64,000 nucleotides of DNA, taken from positions 1-64,000 of the IMG/VR virus record IMGVR_UViG_3300001202_000057, one strand, 5' to 3'. The notes beneath the pieces are model-generated. The model worked only from the letters and a program-made list of their open reading frames with translations. It had not been told where the DNA came from and did not search any database. Source of the DNA: a virus. A program made the position numbers and the translations under genes. Below are positions 27,101 to 36,100 of this stretch, piece after piece (positions within the stretch are counted from its first letter, which is position 1; every line of letters begins with the position of its first letter).

Positions 27101-30100
27101 TGAATATCTAATAAAGTATTGTTGTTTTCTTCTCTGCTTAGTGGTTTATATTTAGTTAAATCTCCTTTTTTAAAAGCTTTAATATTTCTTTTAATTCTTC
27201 TGCCATATTTAGCTTCAAAATCTTTAAAAGTATCAGGTTGTCCAAGAGCAATTAATAATTGTTGGTCAGAATATTTATTCTTTTTAACTAATAATTTAGC
27301 TTTAGGAGTTTTAAACAAACCTAATTTAAATTCTTCATAAGCAGTTTCTACTGGATTCTTAGAAGTCAAGTATCCACCAAATTTATTAATCCCAGAAACA
27401 TTAGTATAGAGTTCATATCTATTAGAGAATAATGAATCAATATCAAAATCCGCCCCTGATAAATATTGTATTTCAGCCGGAAGAACTATGGAGTTACCGT
27501 ATTCTCTAGGTAGAAAATCAACTATTCTAATATTAATCATAGAATACTTATCTTCCGTAGGAATTCTTACTCCTAGCTCCTTAGCTATATGTTCTGATAT
27601 AGAAATAGTTTCTCCTAGTTTAACATCATACTTATCTAATATCTCTTTAGAAATCATAACCTCAGAATAGTAAGTACCATCTTTATCCTTAATTCTGTGT
27701 CTTAATCTATCTGGGATAGATTTCTTTGGGGGAGGACTTCCTTGTTTATGTGGAGTAACAGAACCATCTAAATTTCTATTAACTTTAATATCTTGTCCTG
27801 GATATAGAGTATATTTAGTACCAGCAGTCTTTTGTTTAAGACTATTCTTAGATACACTAGATAAGAACATTGATTCAAACTTAGTTACTATAGCAGAAAA
27901 ATTCCAATTATATACTGGTCTATTAAGTTCATCTACTTTAAATATTTCTAATAAATAAGGATCAACGTTAGATTGCTTTAGAGATTCAATAAACTTAGAA
28001 TATAAATATTCAAAATCAGCTTGTCCATCTTTATTAATAACATCTACAATATTCTCAAGACCTTGTTGATTCCTAAGAGCTAACAAACCTTCATATATAG
28101 TTTGTAATTGACTAAGTTTAAATTCAGTACCTTTTATAGTAACTGGAGTAAGAGGATTTTGTTCTGAAAATATTAAGCCTAATTTTTGAGTACCATCTGT
28201 AATTTCAGATTTGTTACCATCTGTAATTACTTGTTCTCTCATATTAGTGTTCTCTATAATAGTAGGGTCTTGTTGGGACCATTTACCATCTTTAAATTCA
28301 GATACATTAGCCGTAGAACTCTTAGATACAGAAGTAGAAGCTAGTATTTCTACTACACCATCTTCTTCTAAGTTTAAAAACTCATGAAATTTTTCATACC
28401 CAGGTCTAGCTGTATATGCTTCTTGAACATCTTGAATAGAAATTTCATTTCTGTCATACTTGTCCCATAAAGCTAATAAAGATTCGTCACTAAGTTCTGA
28501 ATAGGAAGCTAATCCTCTAGTTACAGTACCCATAGACATCTTCATAGTACCAGTTAAATCTTTATACACAAACTTTCTAGACCTTATATCTGCATTGTTC
28601 TCTTTTAAGATTCTATACTCAGCAGGAGTAAGTTCTACACCGGTTCTAATTTTGTTCATGTAGATTTTCTCAACCTCTTTAGTGTAGACACCTTTATTCT
28701 TAAGATACATGATTGTATTTCTTAATCCTTGAGTTGCAAAACCATCTGCTAATTCTACTTCTGTTTTTTCATCTAATTTTACTCCATGATCTTCAAAATC
28801 TCTAATATTATCAATTTCCTCTTGAGTATAACCTTTTTCTAATAATTCTTCATTAGTAAATTGTCTGAATGGGTTAGCTAAATCAAATGGATTACTAGCA
28901 CTGAATGTTTCATCATTAGTATACATTACTTTTGATTGCCCATAGCCAACACTATTACCAGAAGCATTCTTAAGACCATTACGCTTTACAACATCAGTAG
29001 GGTTCTTATACATCATAGCATAATCACCATCTAATATATTAGATATAGCAAATGAATTTAACCAATCATTTAAAAAATAATTTCCTATATTAGCATGTAA
29101 TCCAGCCCCACCTACATATTCTTTAGGTAGTAGTTTATTTTTAGGATTTTTTCTATCACCAGTAATAAGACCTAGTTCTAATAATTTATCACTGAATACT
29201 TTAACTTCTGTATCCATAAACTTTTTAAGAGCTTCTCTAGTAGAATCTACAGTATTAATCTTCTTACCTTGAATAGCAGCTATAAATAACTTTCTTCTAG
29301 TATCTACATCTAAATCATAAAAATTGAAAAAATCTAAACCACTAAAATTAACTTTACCAGCACCAGATTCATTAGCTTTGTCAATTAAAGTTTGTTCCAT
29401 TTTGTCAAAAATTTCACGTGCTTTATTAACATCTGTTTTAGCCTCAATCATCTCCTGTTGAGTAAATTGCTTAAATCCAGTATTATAATTTTTAATTTTT
29501 CTAGTAGCTAATTCAGGATTTCTAATCTCATTAGCAATTCTAGCTATCCTAGTAAATTCTTGGTTTAATAAATCAGACATCCAATCTACAGCAAAACCAG
29601 ATGGCTTACCTCCTAAAAAGAAATTATGTATTGGTAATCTTAAATTGTAATTAGTGGATTTCTCTGCTATTACTCCTGTGTTGAAAAGTCTAGTATCAGT
29701 ACTAAATTTATTCTTATTAAAAGTAGCAGATGAATCAGCAAATTGCATCATATTCATAAGAGTTTTAGAAACTCTATCTGAAGACTTAAATGTTCTAGCT
29801 GTTCTTCTTAAAGCACCAGGAATACCAGTTTCTTTAGCATCATTAACATTATCAATAACTAAACCATCTTGAATAGTGTATGTTAATGTTTCAAATAGTT
29901 GTTGAGCATATTCTAAATTTTCTAAAGACACATTACCTTCTTTATCAACAGACATACCTTTAATAAGAGGATTATTAACAAATACTTCTAACATCATCTT
30001 AGCATCATAAGGATCACTAACTATTCCATTATCAATTATAAGTTGTAATAGTTGTTTTCTTGTTAAATCTCCTTTACCTATATCAGTGGCAGTAGCATAC

Positions 30101-33100
30101 TTAAATAATTCTTTTACTAATTCTTTCCTATCAGATCTCCACAACATTATTTGTTCAGTATAAAAACTATGAAATCTTCTAGGATAAATAGTTTTACCTT
30201 CAGAATTTTGAAATGTAGAATCAACTACAGATGGGTCAAATACAGCATTACCTTTAGCCATTTCTAAAAATAAACCAGAAAGACCTAAATTAGCATTATT
30301 ACGATTATTACTAAAGTCAGTAGAACTGTAAGGACCTTCAGGACCTACTTGCTCATCTTTAGTTTGTTCCATAATTTTAATATGAGCACCCATACCCATT
30401 ACTAATTTACCACCAGCAGCATGTTCACTTAAGAATAAAGGTACTTCACTAAATGCTTCTACAGTATCTAAAGCTTCTCTGTAAGCTGCAGCTTCATTTT
30501 CATCTCTAGCATTTTTAATTTTGTTTATTAAACCTTGCTTTCTTGTTTTAGAGGAACCACCAAAATTAATATAAGAATATAAGTTTAATTTAATATATTC
30601 AGGATCAAGAGTAATACCTAATTCTTTAAACTCATTTCTAATATTTTCTATAATAGTATCTGGGTCAGTAAATACTGATCCCACATTCTTATCAATTTGT
30701 AATTGAATATTTTTTAATCTCTGTAATACTTCTTTTCTAAGTTTTCCACCCTTAAGCTTTTTAGACTCCATCAAAGATGTAAACTTATTACGCCATCTAT
30801 CAAACTGCACCTGTTGTACATCCTTCTGATTAGCATTAAGAATTTTATAATTAGTATTCTCAGTATCAAAAATCATAGTCATAAAAGTAGACGTACTTTG
30901 ATAAAATCCATTAGAGATTAGATTATAAGTATTAGATTTAGATAATTCTTCTACAGTTAGGGACGTAATATCCCCATTATGGTCTATGACACCATTTAAT
31001 TCTTCCATGACATCTCTAAAGAACTCATGTCTGAACACATTCATATTTACATCAGTATTACCTAAATACTGTATTCTTTTAATTATATTTTCCCTAGTAG
31101 TATCAGACAGACCTCTAGCCAACATTGTATATATTTGTGGACCATCAGTAGCTAATATGTGTTTAGGATCAGTGTTATCTAAATTACTAAATTCTAAACC
31201 TAAATTAAATTCATCATAAGCATATGGTATTAAAGATATATACTGCTTAATTCTTTTAGATAGATTACCAAATCCACCTAATTCAAATTTAGACTTATCA
31301 AAGTTTTGTACTCCACCATTATTGTTTTCATCAGCTTCAGAAGAACTCTCAGAATCAAGAGCACTTACATCATAAAAATTAATAGAGTTTCTAACTTCTT
31401 TAATAATCTCTTTAATATTAGGATTATTAGAATCTTCAACATTGAAAGAATCTCTTCTTAATCCAATTGTATGTAATACTTTAGATAATTTATCAAAGTC
31501 TTCTCTTTTAGACAACTCTTTAATTTCATTGTTCCAATTTTCATCTTTAAAATTATCAGAAAACTTTTGAGTTTCTTCAAGTATTAATTCATTAGTAAGT
31601 TTTTCATTTTTTAATCTATTAAGTACATTTCTAGTAATAATACTAATAAACTTTTTAGCTTCATTAGCATTATAATATTGTATAGCTTCAGATTCATCTT
31701 CATCTATTTTTTTTAAACTAAATGCTAAATCAACAGAAGGGGGAGTAAACTTGGGGTTAAAATTTTTATATTTACCTTCAGAAATATTCTTAAATAAGTT
31801 CTCTACTTCATCAGACTTATTAAATATAGACTTAATTAAATCTATTAATTGATCAAATATACGTCTAATTAAAGATTTAGGTTTTTTAGCCTTATCATTA
31901 TTCATATAGTCTTGAAACATGTCAGCTAATTTCTCTTCATAATACAGTTCTAACAATTCTTGATTAGTCAAATTCTCATATTGAGTAACTCTACCTTGAA
32001 GTTGTGTCAATTCTGCTTGTAATTCTTTTGGAGAAAGTTTATTAGCTTTTTTCATAGCTCTATATAAAGAAGCTTTTTCTGAAGGTTTCAGAATTGTTCT
32101 AAATACATAATGAAATGCCTCATGGTATTCAGTACCTTTAGGTAAATTTTCAGCTAGATATATAATACCATTACTAAACAAACCATGTGGTATACCTGTA
32201 ATATCAAAGTTATGAAGAATAGTTTCTAATCTATCTACTGAGACATGATCACCTAAAATAGACTTAAGATTATCAACAGCTTTTTGTCTGTCTATTGAAT
32301 CTCCAAAATTACCATTTGTTATTTTAAATGGTGTATTATCTTTTGTATCTTTAGGTGTATTATCATTTATATAATCTTTAATCTGCTTATTAACTTTAGC
32401 AAGATTTAATTTAGTTAAATCTAAATTAAGATCTATACCAGTAGCATTTGAAAGTTCTGTTATAATTTCTAATACTTTTTCATTAACTTCTTGAGTAGCA
32501 GCAGGAGTTCCTATTATTCTAGATAAAGTACTTAGCTTTTTGTTCTCTGCAGCAACAGTCTTTAAATGTCCAGTACTATTATTGACTCCAGGATTAGATT
32601 TAGTAATAGGTGTTGGCCCTGAGCCACTATTTTCACCATTGTCAAAACCACCATTTACTATAGCTTTTAATTTTGATTTAGCTTCAGTAGATACTTTTAA
32701 TTTAAGTTTTCTTTTCTTCTTTTTCTTTTTACCCTTAACTCCTTTACCTTTATTTTTAATACTAGGAGTACTATTAAAAGGCAACATGCCTACTTTTTTA
32801 GGAGTAGTTTTAGGTACAAAAAATGGTACTGAATCAGAAGGTGCATTAGTAACAACCATTTGTTCAATACCTTCAGTTGTAGGAGCTGTATTCTTTTTAA
32901 AAGCACTCATTTTAACAGTAGATGCAATAGGATTAGCTTCATCTTTAGTTTCTCCATTATTTTTGTTAATTTGGTTAAATACACCAATAACATTATCAAG
33001 TGAGAAATCAATAAAACTAATACCAGATTTTATCTCAAGATTACCATTATCTTTACGTTTAACTTCAATGTTTCTAAATCTAGTTTCATCTTGTCCAACT

Positions 33101-36100
33101 TTAACTTGAAGACCTATAGTTAACCGATTTTTAGAAAAACCAGGAATTTTTTCATGTGTAGCTTCAACAAATTCATCATTAGCAAGTTCTTCTTTATTAG
33201 CTATAGCAGATTTAAGATTCATATTAATGTAAACGGTTCTATTATCATCATTCTTTACAGAAATAAATGTTTCAGAACCAGCACCTAATAAATCAATACC
33301 AGTACCAACACCATTAGTACCATTAGTAATAGTATCTAACTTTTGTTCATGTACTTCATCAGTAAAAAATCCAGGTTGTTCTATAGTATCAAACAAATCC
33401 TGTATAGTTCTAGTTATTCCAAATTCTAATGATTTAGATTCAGCTTCTGATAAATCAGTACTATTTAACCCTGGTGGAATACCCTCATACAAATAAATAT
33501 TACTATTTTCTGCATTAGCTCCATTTTCAGCGTATATTTCTAAATTAGGTTTTTTATTACTTAATTTTTCAAACTTTTTACCTGCTTTACCTTGTTTATT
33601 GTGAGTAGTAGATATTAATTTACCATCTATTTCTTCAATAGAATTGTATACTTTAATATTAGGATCAGAAGCATTAGCTTTAGTATGTTTTTTAAAGTAA
33701 GATTCTCTAACTCCTGCTACTTTATCATATAACTCTTTATCATCTACAGAATTTACTTCTCTAATACCATCATTGTCTTTAATATAGTAATCTCCCCTTC
33801 TACGATCAAAAATAACTAAACCTTTTACTCCATCACCTAAATCTACATAATGGTTAGATTTAAATGCTTCATCAATAGGCAAATTCTTTTTTTCTTTATT
33901 AGAATTTAAAGCTACTGAACGAGTACTACTATATAATTTAAAGTGCTTAGCCCAAACTTCATTAGGAATTTCTTCATCAGTATCATACTCATAAATTTTA
34001 TCCATCATTTTAGACATTTCAGTAAAATAATGTTGAAAATCAAGTCCTTTTTGAGTTATATTACCTTTAGCAGATACAAATGCTGGATTAAATAATTTTA
34101 AATCTGCCACATCATTTGGATCTAAAGGTACTTTTTCTTTGTCAACTACTTTATGAAATCTTCTAGGGTCTAATACAATACCTAATTCTCTATTTTCCTC
34201 ATTTGTACCAAAAGCTTTTTTTATATAAGCAGTTACTTTATACTGAGATTGTTGGTTTCTATCTTTATTATTAGACATAATACCAATCTTTTCAAATACA
34301 CCAGTATTACCTTTTGGTTTAAAACCAGAAGGATTAGTTTTATGCTCTGATTTTTCAATTTTGAATTGAACTCTATTTCTAGCTCCAGAATTCTCTCTAA
34401 AAAATTGTTGATTATCTTTTATCTCATTATTATCATAATGCCAAATTTCAGAAATAAATTTAGCTACATGTGCTATAGTATTAGGTTTAGTAACAACAGT
34501 TTCAAGATCTTTAGCAGAACTAACTAACAATTGTTCAACTTCAGTCATATGATTATTTAACATAGTCAAATAACTCTCAAAATCTTGTTTGGCTTCTCCC
34601 TCAGGAAATTGAGATATATGATTGGTGACATGTTGAATCTCTGATTTTAAAATCTTTTTTATACTATTTAATGTAGAAATATTTTTATCTATAGATTCTT
34701 TACTTTCAGGATCTTTAACATAGTTTTTACTATGTGGTGCAAGTTTACCTAAATGATTATTTATTGCTTCTTTAACAGCTTCAGTTTGAATATCATCAGA
34801 TTGATATCTTACAGAGAAAATATATTCATTATTTGATTTATCTACTACATCTTCAGACTTTTGTAATTCTTCAGTAATCTCTTGTTCAGAAACTTCTGTC
34901 CTACTTAATCTCTCTTGAATAGATTTTCTAGCTAAATCTCTAGTTAAAGCTTTCTTTTGATCTAAAAAATTTCCAGTTAATCTAGTCAGTCTTTCTTTAT
35001 CAACTTTTCTAGTGTGGTGTTTTTCAATTTCCTTTTTAAATATTTCTATATCAGATAAAAAATTTCTTTTACCTTGTGTACTAGTCAGTTGTTCAAATTC
35101 CCAAATAGCAGACTTTTGTCTATTAGTAGCTTCTTCAACCTCTTTGAATAAATTGTCTACTTCAGTTTTTATATACGGATGTTCTTTTAAAAGACTATTA
35201 AGATTTCTTTTGTGATGATTTGCATTTTCTACAACTTTAGTAATTTTTTCTATAGATAAATTCTTAAACTGATTAGGTTTTTTAGCTTTACTTTTAGTTT
35301 GAATCTCTTTAGCTATAACATCATATTCAGCTAACAGTTTTTTCTTGACTTCTGGAGAAGAGGCTGCATCAATAGCTCTTCTTTTAGATATAGCCTCTTT
35401 AATTGGACCTGAAAATCTATTTACATCAGCTATTGCTTCTGCATCTATACCATCAACACCTAACTTATCAAAAGTATCTTCAAAAGATTTATTAATTTGA
35501 CCAATTTTAGTGGCTCTAACTTTATTCAAATGATTTATACTATGTATAGTATAAGCTAATGCTTCTTCATAATCAGTATCTAAATCTTCATTACTAACTA
35601 TCTTTTTAGCATTTTTAAGAGCTTTAGCTACAGACTGATTAGCCTCTTTAACATGAGTTCTAATTTCATTTTTAATTTGATCTAAAGATTTATCTCCAAC
35701 TTCAATATCTTCAGGAGTTACTCCCTTTGAGTTAGCTGCAAAATCTTTATAATCTTCAATTGATTTAATATTGTCAAGAATGTGATTTACATCTGACTCA
35801 TAAACGTCCCCCATACCTGCCCTGTGTCTAGCAGCAGAGGCTCTAAAAAAAGCATCATTTTCAGCTATTTCATTAGAAAGAATAGTTTTCCCATCTCCTT
35901 TTAAACTTTCAAAGTTAGCTACAACAACAGACATAGTTTCTGTTAGATTTTTCTTGGCAAATGTTGAATTGATATCTTTAGCCATTTTTTCTTGATCAGC
36001 TTTAATTTTACCCCAATCACCAGTAAATACATCTAATCCATTGACTTCATTACCTTTTGCATTTTGTACAAAAGAAGAAGTTTTACCAATAACAGCACCT

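Noticed and set aside
32540-33109. 189-aa + strand ORF, and the similar antisense ORFs at 1253..1486, 2794..3069, 7105..7344, 11679..11939, 17768..17959, 18724..18906, 19591..19782, 22552..22776, 22963..23205, 26492..26854, 27119..27340, 27488..27670, 29654..29872, 30986..31219, 35012..35215, 38494..38907, 39771..39977, 44484..44669, 45131..45325, 47485..47910, 48127..48375, 52243..52431, 52854..53042, 53689..53877, 54277..54558, 54930..55199, 57265..57492, 58036..58239, 58632..59081, 60074..60268, 62091..62405 and 63266..63466
   Set aside because: All lie antisense within much longer ORFs that have clear motifs. Their translations are low-complexity (Leu/Ser/Phe/Ile-rich), as expected for shadow frames of AT-rich coding DNA.
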